Positions 1 through 8,120 of a stretch of DNA of 32,000 nt are shown in pieces. Made by a program: the position numbers and the translations under genes. The stretch is from Opitutales bacterium (GTDB lineage Bacteria > Verrucomicrobiota > Verrucomicrobiia > Opitutales > PNEW01): assembly GCA_965219535.1 (NCBI GenBank), contig CBDCNV010000002.1, positions 1,050,001 to 1,082,000 on the forward strand, written 5' to 3'. The notes beneath the pieces are model-generated. The model was not told the DNA's origin. It searched no databases and saw nothing but the letters and a program-made list of their open reading frames with translations. Position 1 is the stretch's first letter. Each line of letters begins with the position of its first letter.

Positions 1-1
1 T

Positions 2-535
2 AATACTAAAATTTACATATTAGATGAAAATCTGAAACCACTTCCTGCAGGATTTACCGGTCATCTCTACATTGGTGGTGACGGTCTAGCCCGAGGCTAC
101 CATCATCAACCGGAGCTTACGGATGAGTCCTTTATCGAGCTGGCTATTTCCAGGGGTAAAACTGAACGTTTATATAACACTGGAGACTTAGCGCGCTATA
201 CGATTAACGGATCCATTGAATGTATAGGACGCCGTGATTCTCAAATTAAATTACATGGTTACCGGATCGAGTTGGGCGAAATCGAGACCGTGCTTAATGC
301 CCATCCAGTAGTAAGTAAAGCGGTGTTGCTTTTGCGTGATGATATGACAGGTGGTCCCAGTCTTGCTGCTTATATACAACCGACTGAAAATCACGATAAC
401 ATCATTCCAGAATTGCGTACCTACCTTGGTGAGCGTCTGCCCCAGTACATGCAACCAGCGGCTTACATGGTCGTAGACGAGTTCCCCTATACACCTAACA
501 AGAAGATAGATCGCAAGGCGCTTCCAATCCCATCC
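2..535 (+). other. Adenylation domain, C-terminal portion (core motifs A7-A10)
   Basis: The motifs YNTGD, GRRDSQIKLHGYRIELGEIE, LPQYMQP and NKKIDRKAL are in canonical order and spacing. The GRxDxQxKxxGxRIELGEIE form is typical of NRPS A domains rather than fatty-acyl-AMP ligases. Confidence 0.85.
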
Positions 536-2086
536 CTAAAGCGTTCCGATTTAGGGTCAGAATATGTCGCACCCCAGACGCCGACGGAGAAAATACTCTG
601 TGATATTCTAAACCGGGCGTTTAAGAATGATAAGATTGGCATTCACGACAACTTTTTTGAATTAGGTGGCGATTCTCTCATGGCGGTTGAAATATTATCC
701 AGTATTACCGCTGCCTTTAACCGTGAATTACCGATCGAAGTATTCCTTCGCAATCCCACAGTGGAAAGCCTGGGGCAGTTTTATGATCTTATTCCCGAAA
801 GTATCGATGATCATTCGAACGGGTCTAACGGCAGTTCAAGTTTAGGTAAAGCTTCGGACTTAATTAAGAACAGCTATCTGGACATAGAACAGGTCAATGG
901 GAAGAATGGCGATCGCACCGACCTTCCTCAGGTGGACGCCGTTGCGCTGGCTTATATACCCGATGCTTTCCTTCCGCTCACCGGTCTATCGAAAGATGAA
1001 ATATCACGACAATGGTTTCAACATCAGCCCTTTGTCAGCAATTACTATGAGACACCATTTGGAAGAATAGCCATCGTCATGCTTCCGCGGCTGGGTGCAG
1101 AGCTATACAAGGACCAGGAGCCACTTAGCGACAATATTTTAAGTTCGTTAAAACTAGCAGCTAAAATGGGTGCGAGTACTGTTTCGCTCACTGGGCTCAT
1201 TCCATCGGCTACGGATTATGGACGAAGTATTAAGCACTGGATCAATGGTCATGATAATTTACCGGCGATAACAACGGGTCATGCGACAACAACGGCAACA
1301 ATCGTGAAGACGATTACGGGAATGCTTGAGCAAACCGATCGCGACTTTGCTGATGAAAAAGTAGCCATTGTTGGTCTAGGGTCTATCGGGTATGCAACCT
1401 TGAGGCTCATGCTTGAAGTTATGCCTCATCCGCTTGAGCTTATCCTTTGTGATCTTTATCAGAAATCGGATAGTTTAGAGGAAATTAGAAATGAACTTGT
1501 CGAAAAACTTGGCTTTAATGGATCCATTCGTGTCGTAACCACTCGCGGGCGATTACCCGATGCCATTTATGACGCTTCATTTGTACTCGGCGCGAGCAAT
1601 GTGCCAGGGATCTTAGATATTAAACGGATAAGACCGGGGACTCTCCTCGTCGATGATTCGTTCCCTCCATGTTTCCGTTTATCCGATGCCATTAGGCGCA
1701 TCGAAGAACAACAGGATATTCTTTTTACCACAGGCGGGTTACTTAGGTGTTCGAAGGAAATCAAAGAGACGATTTATTTACCGGATGGAGCGGGTGAATT
1801 ATTTGCCAGCCTGGGTGTTGATAAAGTTCAGCGACTGGCAGGGCGCGATCCACGTGAAATTACTGGTTGTATCCTTTCCAGCTTATTAACCGGGCACGGT
1901 CCAGACATTCAAACCACTATCGGTCCAGTCGAAATCGAAGATTCGCTCGCCCACTATAAACTCCTCGAGAAACTAGAGCTCGAGGCGGCTCGACCGCAGT
2001 GTGAAGGATTCTTTATCGATTCCGAGATAATCGAAAGTTTCAAGGAACGAGATGCTTCCTCGACCACACACGCCGAAACAGTTTGA
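2..2086 (+). CDS. NRPS-like protein, 5'-truncated by the window edge. It contains the C-terminal part of an adenylation domain, a peptidyl-carrier domain, and a C-terminal NAD(P)-binding, acyl-ACP-reductase-like domain.
   Basis: The frame is open from nt 2; the track ORF 272..2086 simply starts at an internal TTG. Translation from nt 2 reads NTKIYILDENLKPLPAGFTGHLYIGGDGLARGY, then YNTGDLARY (A7), GRRDSQIKLHGYRIELGEIE (A8), LPQYMQPAAY (A9) and PNKKIDRKAL (A10). This is followed by DNFFELGGDSLMAVE (carrier LGGxS motif), an S/G/N-rich linker, and ~390 aa containing VAIVGLGSIGYA. Confidence 0.85.
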   Translation, partial: NTKIYILDENLKPLPAGFTGHLYIGGDGLARGYHHQPELTDESFIELAISRGKTERLYNTGDLARYTINGSIECIGRRDSQIKLHGYRIELGEIETVLNAHPVVSKAVLLLRDDMTGGPSLAAYIQPTENHDNIIPELRTYLGERLPQYMQPAAYMVVDEFPYTPNKKIDRKALPIPSLKRSDLGSEYVAPQTPTEKILCDILNRAFKNDKIGIHDNFFELGGDSLMAVEILSSITAAFNRELPIEVFLRNPTVESLGQFYDLIPESIDDHSNGSNGSSSLGKASDLIKNSYLDIEQVNGKNGDRTDLPQVDAVALAYIPDAFLPLTGLSKDEISRQWFQHQPFVSNYYETPFGRIAIVMLPRLGAELYKDQEPLSDNILSSLKLAAKMGASTVSLTGLIPSATDYGRSIKHWINGHDNLPAITTGHATTTATIVKTITGMLEQTDRDFADEKVAIVGLGSIGYATLRLMLEVMPHPLELILCDLYQKSDSLEEIRNELVEKLGFNGSIRVVTTRGRLPDAIYDASFVLGASNVPGILDIKRIRPGTLLVDDSFPPCFRLSDAIRRIEEQQDILFTTGGLLRCSKEIKETIYLPDGAGELFASLGVDKVQRLAGRDPREITGCILSSLLTGHGPDIQTTIGPVEIEDSLAHYKLLEKLELEAARPQCEGFFIDSEIIESFKERDASSTTHAETV
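569..781 (+). other. Carrier (PCP/thiolation) domain; predicted phosphopantetheine Ser codon at 674-676
   Basis: The sequence is YVAPQTPTEKILCDILNRAFKNDKIGIHDNFFELGGDSLMAVEILSSITAAFNRELPIEVFLRNPTVESLGQF. It has the GGDSL signature in a four-helix-length segment directly after A10. Confidence 0.85.
923..2083 (+). other. Non-SDR reductase-like domain. It has a Rossmann GxGxxG motif (VAIVGLGSIGYA, nt 1361-1396) and a candidate nucleophile Cys (codon 1868-1870). By recalled sequence it resembles acyl-ACP reductase (AAR).
   Basis: Three segments resemble the remembered Synechococcus AAR sequence, in the same order. FGRIAIVMLPRLGAELY...LAAKMGASTVSLTGLIPSA resembles HGRYIESCFLPEML...AQKHGIDISALGGFTSI. 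ITTGHATTTATIV...EKVAIVGLGSIGYA resembles FTTGNTHTAYVI...ATVAVVGATGDIGSA. RDPREITGCILSSLL resembles RPERQMFACFAEAMLL, which carries the catalytic Cys. The SDR-type TGxTGFLG motif is absent. Confidence 0.5.
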
Positions 2087-2111
2087 GCCCTCTCGTTTAG
2101 GATATTAAAGC

Positions 2112-3233
2112 GTGGAGTCTTCATTGCTGCATCCGTTGGGCGGAAGCAATCTGACAACCTTGCTTCGCGCATTCTGCCGCCCCCAACCTCTTAGTTGGAG
2201 AAAGCTGCCTATGGGGTTAATCACAACCGCCTCCGTTCTGGCGCGATTTCCTTTTTATCAATTCGAACGACTTATTCACTCACGTGCAATCAATGATATT
2301 GAATTGCCTTCTGACCCCATTTTTATCATCGGACACTGGCGCAGCGGCACGACACACCTGCATAATCTCTTTAGTCAGGATCCACAGTTCGGATCGATCA
2401 ATTTCCTTCAAACTGCATTGCCATGGGATTTTATTGGACAGGTTAGATTGTCAAAAAAAATTCTCAGTCGTTCACTGCCAGAAAATCGTGGGATGGATAA
2501 TGTTAAGTTGACAATTGACACCCCGCAGGAAGAGGAAATGGCCTTGGGTAATATGGGTCCGTTGTGTTATTACTACTGTTATTATTTTCCCCAAGAAATC
2601 GAAGATCACTTCGATCGCGCAGTGTTACTTGAAGGAATTTCAGCTGACGACTTAAAGCGGTTTGAAAATAATTTTCGCTATCTATTAAAAAAACTGACGC
2701 TGTTTCATGGGTTAAATAAAAGACTGCTTTTAAAAAATCCCGCCAACACAGGTCGAATACGCTGGTTGCGGCAGCTTTACCCCAATGCAAAATTTATTCA
2801 TATCCACCGCAATTCCTATTCCGTATTTTCCTCAACCCTAAAACATTATCAAAGAACGATGTCTGCATTTGCCTGGCAGTCTTATAAGGGTATTGATTTT
2901 GAGAAGATAACACTGCGTCACTACCGGCTCCTCATGCAGCGATACTTCGATGATCGCGCTTCTATTCCCCCGGAAAATTTTTATGAATTATCTTTAGACG
3001 CGGTAGAAAATGATGCGATCAGGGAGATTGATAAAATCTATCAACATTTTTCGTTACCCAATCGGGTAAGCGCTCTCGAGTTCATTGATTCCTACAATAA
3101 AAAGCTGAGTAATTACCGAAAGAATAGTTATTCCCTGACCCAAAGCCAGATTTCAAATGTTCTTAAACACTGGGACTTTGTGTTAAAAGAATATGGCTAT
3201 GATGTGCCGGATGAAATAGAGGTGAAGGATTGA
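2112..3233 (+). CDS. PAPS-dependent sulfotransferase (Sulfotransfer_1/3-like)
   Basis: It has a 5'-PSB loop IIGHWRSGTTHLHNLF and a 3'-PB-like segment IHIHRNSYSVFSS. It lies 25 nt downstream of the NRPS-like gene on the same strand. The start is uncertain: GTG at 2112 or ATG at 2211. Confidence 0.8.
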   Translation: MESSLLHPLGGSNLTTLLRAFCRPQPLSWRKLPMGLITTASVLARFPFYQFERLIHSRAINDIELPSDPIFIIGHWRSGTTHLHNLFSQDPQFGSINFLQTALPWDFIGQVRLSKKILSRSLPENRGMDNVKLTIDTPQEEEMALGNMGPLCYYYCYYFPQEIEDHFDRAVLLEGISADDLKRFENNFRYLLKKLTLFHGLNKRLLLKNPANTGRIRWLRQLYPNAKFIHIHRNSYSVFSSTLKHYQRTMSAFAWQSYKGIDFEKITLRHYRLLMQRYFDDRASIPPENFYELSLDAVENDAIREIDKIYQHFSLPNRVSALEFIDSYNKKLSNYRKNSYSLTQSQISNVLKHWDFVLKEYGYDVPDEIEVKD

Positions 3234-3236
3234 AAA

Positions 3237-5219
3237 TTACAATCTTCCCTCAATGAGTTTATCGACCACTTGCGGATCGGCCAGTGTCGTCGTGTCACCT
3301 ATAGCTTCAGGTGCGTCTTCTGCAATCTTTCTCAGTATGCGCCGCATGATTTTACCCGAGCGCGTTTTCGGTAAAGCACTGGCGAATTGGAGTTTATCAG
3401 GAGTAGCAATGGGCCCGATCTCGGTGCGTACATGTTTTACCAGTTCCTGTCTCAACGCGTCGTTTTCTTCAATACCCTCGACGAGTGTGACAAAAGCATA
3501 GAGCGACTGCCCTTTGATATCATGGGGCATAGGAGCAACCGCCGCTTCTGCCACTTTGGCATGACTGACTAATGCGCTTTCGACTTCAGCTGTTCCTATG
3601 CGATGGCCTGAGACATTGACTACATCGTCTACGCGCCCCATGAGCCAATAATCGCCGTCTTCGTCGATACGGCATCCATCACCCGTAAAGTATTGATCCT
3701 TATACGTGTTAAAGTAGGTATCGATAAAACGTTCATGATCACCCCACATAGTGCGCATCATCCCGGGCCAGGGTTTCTTAATACAGAGTTTTCCCCCTTC
3801 ATTAGTATTACACTCACTGTTATCATCGCGCAGAATGATGGGTTCTACGCCAAAAAACGGTTGTGAGGCGCTACCGGGTTTTAAAACGTGAGCCCCGGGG
3901 AATGGAGTAAGCAAGTGACCTCCTGTTTCCGTTTGCCACCAGGTATCAACAATCGGACAACGTTCGTGACCGATATGCCGATAATACCACATCCAGGCTT
4001 CGGGGTTTATCGGTTCTCCAACTGTTCCGAGCACGCGAATCGTATTCAAATCATATTCTGCCGGCCAATTATCGCCTTGAGCAATCAAGGCGCGGATCGC
4101 GGTTGGTGCTGTATAAAATACGGTTACCTTGTACTTTTCACACACTTGCCAAAAGCGGCCGGGATCAGGGTAAGTCGGAACACCTTCAAACATGAGACTG
4201 GTCGATCCATTGGCGAGGGGGCCGTAGACAATGTAACTGTGTCCAGTCACCCAACCAATATCTGCCGTGCACCAGTAAATATCGTCATCATGGATGTCGA
4301 AAATATATTTGTAGGTAAGGCTGGTATGTAAAAGGTATCCAGCAGTGGTATGGACAACGCCCTTCGGTTTACCCGTAGAACCGGAAGTGTAGAGGATGAA
4401 TAGCATGTCCTCAGCGTTCAATGGCTCAGCGGGACAGTCCGCTTCAACTTTGTCCATTTCCTCGTGATACCAGAGGTCGCGCCCCGCGAGGACATTACAC
4501 GGTTCCTCATTGCGTTTCACCAAAATGACTTTTTCTATCGTGGATGTATTTTCTAACGCTTTGTCCGAGATATCTTTAAGATAAATCAGTTTACCCGAGC
4601 GCAATCCAACATTCGCAGTGATGAGTATTTTACAGTCTGAATCATTTATCCGGTCGGCCAATGAATCCGCGCTGAATCCACCAAAGATAACAGAATGAAT
4701 AGCCCCGATGCGGGCACAGCCAAGCATCACGATTGGCAACTCCAGAATCATTGGCATATAAATCGCAATCCGGTCACCTCTTTTTACTCCCTGAGCTTTA
4801 AGTACGTTGGCAAATTTACAGACTTCTCTATGCAATTCCTCATAAGTGAGCTGTTTAGTTTCTTCATCCGGTTCACCCTGCCAGACCAGTGCTGGCTTAG
4901 TCCGCCGATCTGTCTTTAAGTGGCGATCAAGACAATTCACGCTGACGTTTATTTCTCCGTCTTCAAACCAGGTATGTTCAATTTTTCGTGCCTTCGTATT
5001 CCATTCATACTTGCGAGCGACAGTTGGTTTCTTGAACCAATCCAACGATTCTGCCTGCTCCAACCAGAATCCATCCGAGTCATTTATGGAACGATCATAC
5101 ATCTCGCGATACTTTTGCGCGTTGATATGTGATTTGGCCACGACTTCCTCCGGCGGTGGGAAAGTGCGTTTTTCAGTCATTAAAGAATCGGTAGAAATAA
5201 TTTTATTATTTTCAGGCAT
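3237..5219 (-). CDS. acs: Acetyl-CoA synthetase (AMP-forming)
   Basis: This is a 660-aa ORF. The N-terminus YREMYDRSINDSDGFWLEQAE, the AMP-binding motif YTSGSTGKPKGV, and the segments WWQTETGG and PKTRSGKIMRR are all typical of Acs. Confidence 0.95.
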   Translation of the reverse strand: MPENNKIISTDSLMTEKRTFPPPEEVVAKSHINAQKYREMYDRSINDSDGFWLEQAESLDWFKKPTVARKYEWNTKARKIEHTWFEDGEINVSVNCLDRHLKTDRRTKPALVWQGEPDEETKQLTYEELHREVCKFANVLKAQGVKRGDRIAIYMPMILELPIVMLGCARIGAIHSVIFGGFSADSLADRINDSDCKILITANVGLRSGKLIYLKDISDKALENTSTIEKVILVKRNEEPCNVLAGRDLWYHEEMDKVEADCPAEPLNAEDMLFILYTSGSTGKPKGVVHTTAGYLLHTSLTYKYIFDIHDDDIYWCTADIGWVTGHSYIVYGPLANGSTSLMFEGVPTYPDPGRFWQVCEKYKVTVFYTAPTAIRALIAQGDNWPAEYDLNTIRVLGTVGEPINPEAWMWYYRHIGHERCPIVDTWWQTETGGHLLTPFPGAHVLKPGSASQPFFGVEPIILRDDNSECNTNEGGKLCIKKPWPGMMRTMWGDHERFIDTYFNTYKDQYFTGDGCRIDEDGDYWLMGRVDDVVNVSGHRIGTAEVESALVSHAKVAEAAVAPMPHDIKGQSLYAFVTLVEGIEENDALRQELVKHVRTEIGPIATPDKLQFASALPKTRSGKIMRRILRKIAEDAPEAIGDTTTLADPQVVDKLIEGRL

Positions 5220-5253
5220 GGTCAGCTGCTTTTTAAAGAGGGTTTAAAATTAA

Positions 5254-5283
5254 ATTTTCGTCGTAATTACTATTATCTGTCAA
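5254..5283 (-). promoter_or_regulatory. Candidate sigma-70 promoter for acs (TTGACA-18 nt-GAAAAT)
   Basis: On the minus strand there is a perfect -35 TTGACA (5283-5278), an 18-nt spacer and a GAAAAT hexamer (5259-5254). This lies ~35 nt upstream of the acs ATG. Confidence 0.3.
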
Positions 5284-5297
5284 CAATTCGTACTGCG

Positions 5298-6764
5298 TTA
5301 TAAAAATCGCTGTGGAGAAAAATATTTTTCCGGATAATAATCAGGGCCGTCAATTTTCAGGATCTTAAAGATGACAAATTGCGTCGCGAGGAAAGAGACA
5401 CCAGACCCTGAACCTGCCATACCGCCTACAATATATAAACGCTTGTCATCCTGGAGGCCAATGAGAGGAAATTCATCGGGGGTCATGCCAACCGTCCCGC
5501 TCCATTCATTAGTGACTTGTATATCTTTAATGCTGAAGAACGGTTTTAAAAAGGCGGCCACATATTTGGTTATAAAACGTGAAGGTTGATTACTACCGGC
5601 CTCGTCGTCGGGGACCACCGACATATCAGATCCCAAAAGGATTCCGTCTTTCGTGCGGCTGAAAAACATTTGTGGTGTACTGATGGCCACACCTTGTTGC
5701 ATCGTTCCACCATTACTGTTGCCAAAAGCCGCCTGGGTTTGCCCCGCTTTTAAGATGTTGTGAAATTCTTTAAACAATGAGGGAGTGTGAGATTCTGTGG
5801 CATTAATTACATAACGTGCTTTGATCATCCCGCGATTCGTATGAATTGCATAATGATCTCCTGCATCTTTCACTGCGTTTACTTTAGTGCGGGTATATAA
5901 CTCTACATAAGGCGATTTAAGCGCCAATTGAAACAGGCCCCAGATCCACTTTGCGGGGTGCCAATTGGCAGTGCCTCGCGAGTGCCCGGCATTATTATTG
6001 GTTTTTATTCCCGCCTTCTCCATAGCTTCCTCTTTGGAGATGCTTATCCAGTCGGTAAATCCCGTCTCCTCACCCATCCGCTGAGCTGCTAACGGTTTGT
6101 CTTTGCCCTCATCATCCGTGGTCCAGACCCAACCTTTTTTTACATAGTCACATTCGATCCCCTCATCTTTAATTGACTGTTCAATCATTTGATTGCTTTT
6201 AACCCCGGCGATCACATAGGGACGGGCAAATTCATGAGCATAGGCAACTCTTTTCTCTTTGCTTAAATCGGGGCGCGACTTTTCCAGATTTTTTAAAACC
6301 GTGCTGTGGACGTAGTAATAGTAACGGCCCATAGTCACGACGCCGGCATTACGGCCACCTGAACCGCTCGCCGCCTCATTCATTTCTAGAATGACCATTT
6401 TGTCCTTACCATGCTTCGACCAATGATAGGCGGCTCCTGCACCGGTAAATCCAGCTCCAATAACCACGACTTCAGCACTCTCAGGAATTTTTAAGTCAGT
6501 TGAATCTTTCCAGGGATGATTTTCCAGAGGGTTTTTATCCCTTAACCAGACAGGGGTTCTCGATACCGGGTTCTTAAACTGGACTCGATCTTTTGCATTG
6601 GGAATCGTTCTCCACATAGTCTCAACCGACCATTTAAAAAAGAGCAGCAGCCTTCGCATCAGCTTTTTCCCCGGATACATCGTGTTAATCCAGGTTCTCG
6701 CCGCACGAAATTCATGCCGGCGCATGCTAAGGAGTAATTTTAAGACAAGAAGTAGTCTTTTCAT
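5298..6764 (-). CDS. FAD-dependent oxidoreductase, DAO family (PuuB-like)
   Basis: It has the dinucleotide-binding motif VVVIGAGFTGAGAAYHW followed by ASGSGGRNAGVV, which matches GASGRNGG in PuuB-type enzymes. The first ~50 codons (MKRLLLVLKLLLSMRRHEF...) may not be translated. Alternative ATGs include one at ~6617 (MWRT). Confidence 0.8.
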   Translation of the reverse strand: MKRLLLVLKLLLSMRRHEFRAARTWINTMYPGKKLMRRLLLFFKWSVETMWRTIPNAKDRVQFKNPVSRTPVWLRDKNPLENHPWKDSTDLKIPESAEVVVIGAGFTGAGAAYHWSKHGKDKMVILEMNEAASGSGGRNAGVVTMGRYYYYVHSTVLKNLEKSRPDLSKEKRVAYAHEFARPYVIAGVKSNQMIEQSIKDEGIECDYVKKGWVWTTDDEGKDKPLAAQRMGEETGFTDWISISKEEAMEKAGIKTNNNAGHSRGTANWHPAKWIWGLFQLALKSPYVELYTRTKVNAVKDAGDHYAIHTNRGMIKARYVINATESHTPSLFKEFHNILKAGQTQAAFGNSNGGTMQQGVAISTPQMFFSRTKDGILLGSDMSVVPDDEAGSNQPSRFITKYVAAFLKPFFSIKDIQVTNEWSGTVGMTPDEFPLIGLQDDKRLYIVGGMAGSGSGVSFLATQFVIFKILKIDGPDYYPEKYFSPQRFL

Positions 6765-6959
6765 AAGTCTTTTAGAGATTAAAGAGGTATACTAAATGAC
6801 AAAACAGAAATTTTTGAGTCTACTCCGAACGCCTCTTTCTGAATCAGTTTAATGAATTCAAATTGTGAATTTATTAATGATTCCGCCAATCGGCAATTAG
6901 GCTTCTGCCTGTTAAAGCTTTTAAAGGTGGAGAAAACAGTTGAAAGGTATGCAGTATCC

Positions 6960-6989
6960 TTGTAAACGGCAATAAATAAGAATTATAAT
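6960..6989 (+). promoter_or_regulatory. Candidate sigma-70 promoter for trpS (TTGTAA-18 nt-TATAAT)
   Basis: TTGTAA lies at 6960-6965 and a perfect TATAAT at 6984-6989. This is 24 nt upstream of the trpS ATG and implies a short 5' UTR without an SD. Confidence 0.5.
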
Positions 6990-7012
6990 TCTATTTTTAT
7001 ATTGTAGGCATT

Positions 7013-8020
7013 ATGAGTTCACCCAGTAAACCTGTCGTCCTTTCCTTTATGCGTGCATCCGGGAATTTGCATTTAGGTAATTACCTGGGAGCATTGAAAA
7101 ACTGGATCGCGATGGTCGATGACTATGAGTGTTTTTTTGGAATGGCAGATATGCATGCAATCACCGAGAAGTATACACCCGCAGTTTTGCGTAAAGATAC
7201 GATAAGTATTCTGGCACAGTATATAGCCAGCGGACTTATCGCGGAAAAAAGCCACTTCTTTTTACAATCTCACATCATTGGTCACACTGAATTGGCGTGG
7301 GTGCTCGGGTGCCTTACTCCTTTGGGGCAACTGGAGCGAATGACCCAATTTAAAGAAAAAGCTAAGAAGCAGCGTTCAAATATTAATGCGGGTCTCCTCT
7401 ATTACCCCGTGCTTATGGCTTCTGATATTCTGCTTTATAACGCAGACCAGGTTCCGGTGGGGGAAGATCAGAAGCAGCATGTTGAACTCTGTCGTGATAT
7501 CGCGCAGAAATTTAACAATAATTACTCGGGAACTTTTAAGGTGCCTGATGTTTATATACCGAAAGCAGGGGCCAGGATCATGTCGCTTCAGGAGCCTGAA
7601 AATAAAATGTCTAAGTCAGATGATAATCTCAATGGGACGCTTTTTCTTCTTGATCCACCCAATCTATTGCGGAAAAAAATCATGAGCGCGGTCACCGATT
7701 CAGGAAATGAGATTGCTGCCCGTGAGGATAAACCGGGCATGACCAATCTCCTCAATATTCTCAGTTCAATCACCAATGCTTCTATTGCTGAACTTGAGAA
7801 ACGTTTTTCAGGTAAAGGTTATGCAGAGTTTAAAGATGCGGTAGCGGATGCGGTGATCGCCATTGTAGAGCCGATTCAGGAGAAGTATGCTTCTATTATC
7901 AATGATAAGCCCTATCTAGAAAGCATTATCAAAGAGGGTGCGAATGCCGCGCAAAATCGCGCCAATAAAATGTTAAGTAAAGTTTATCGTAAAGTTGGGT
8001 TTGTGGAGCGAGTCCGTTAG
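7013..8020 (+). CDS. trpS: Tryptophanyl-tRNA synthetase
   Basis: This is a 335-aa ORF. It has a class-I HIGH-type motif (GNLHLGNYLG), a KMSKS motif (NKMSKSDDN) and the TrpRS-typical segment GEDQKQHVEL. Confidence 0.95.
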   Translation: MSSPSKPVVLSFMRASGNLHLGNYLGALKNWIAMVDDYECFFGMADMHAITEKYTPAVLRKDTISILAQYIASGLIAEKSHFFLQSHIIGHTELAWVLGCLTPLGQLERMTQFKEKAKKQRSNINAGLLYYPVLMASDILLYNADQVPVGEDQKQHVELCRDIAQKFNNNYSGTFKVPDVYIPKAGARIMSLQEPENKMSKSDDNLNGTLFLLDPPNLLRKKIMSAVTDSGNEIAAREDKPGMTNLLNILSSITNASIAELEKRFSGKGYAEFKDAVADAVIAIVEPIQEKYASIINDKPYLESIIKEGANAAQNRANKMLSKVYRKVGFVERVR

Positions 8021-8120
8021 AAATTTAATTTACGGCATAACCCGAGAAAAATAAAATACACGACATTTTATTATTGAATTAAATTAACAAAGCTAGTTAA
8101 AATAAAAGCCGAACACCTAT

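Noticed and set aside
2453-2460. A8/T8 homopolymers inside coding regions are possible phase-variation switches. They occur in the sulfotransferase (2453-2460), the MFS gene (14530-14537) and PhyH (25180-25187). A T9 run lies at 10065-10073 in the RR/hisG promoter spacer.
   Set aside because: Runs of 7-9 A/T are common in an AT-rich genome. All the coding runs are currently in frame and encode ordinary Lys/Phe residues. Without population data there is no evidence of switching. The runs in the response regulator and the sigma-factor gene are discussed under findings.
3888-5247. Long plus-strand ORFs (3888..4331, 4695..4919, 4846..5247, 4920..5132) lie antisense to acs.
   Set aside because: These are shadow ORFs of a strongly conserved gene. 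Their translations are low-complexity or unrecognisable. The same reasoning applies to 8594..9079(-), 22839..23225(-), 23770..24153(+), 25592..25951(+), 27862..28170(+) and 29149..29565(+).
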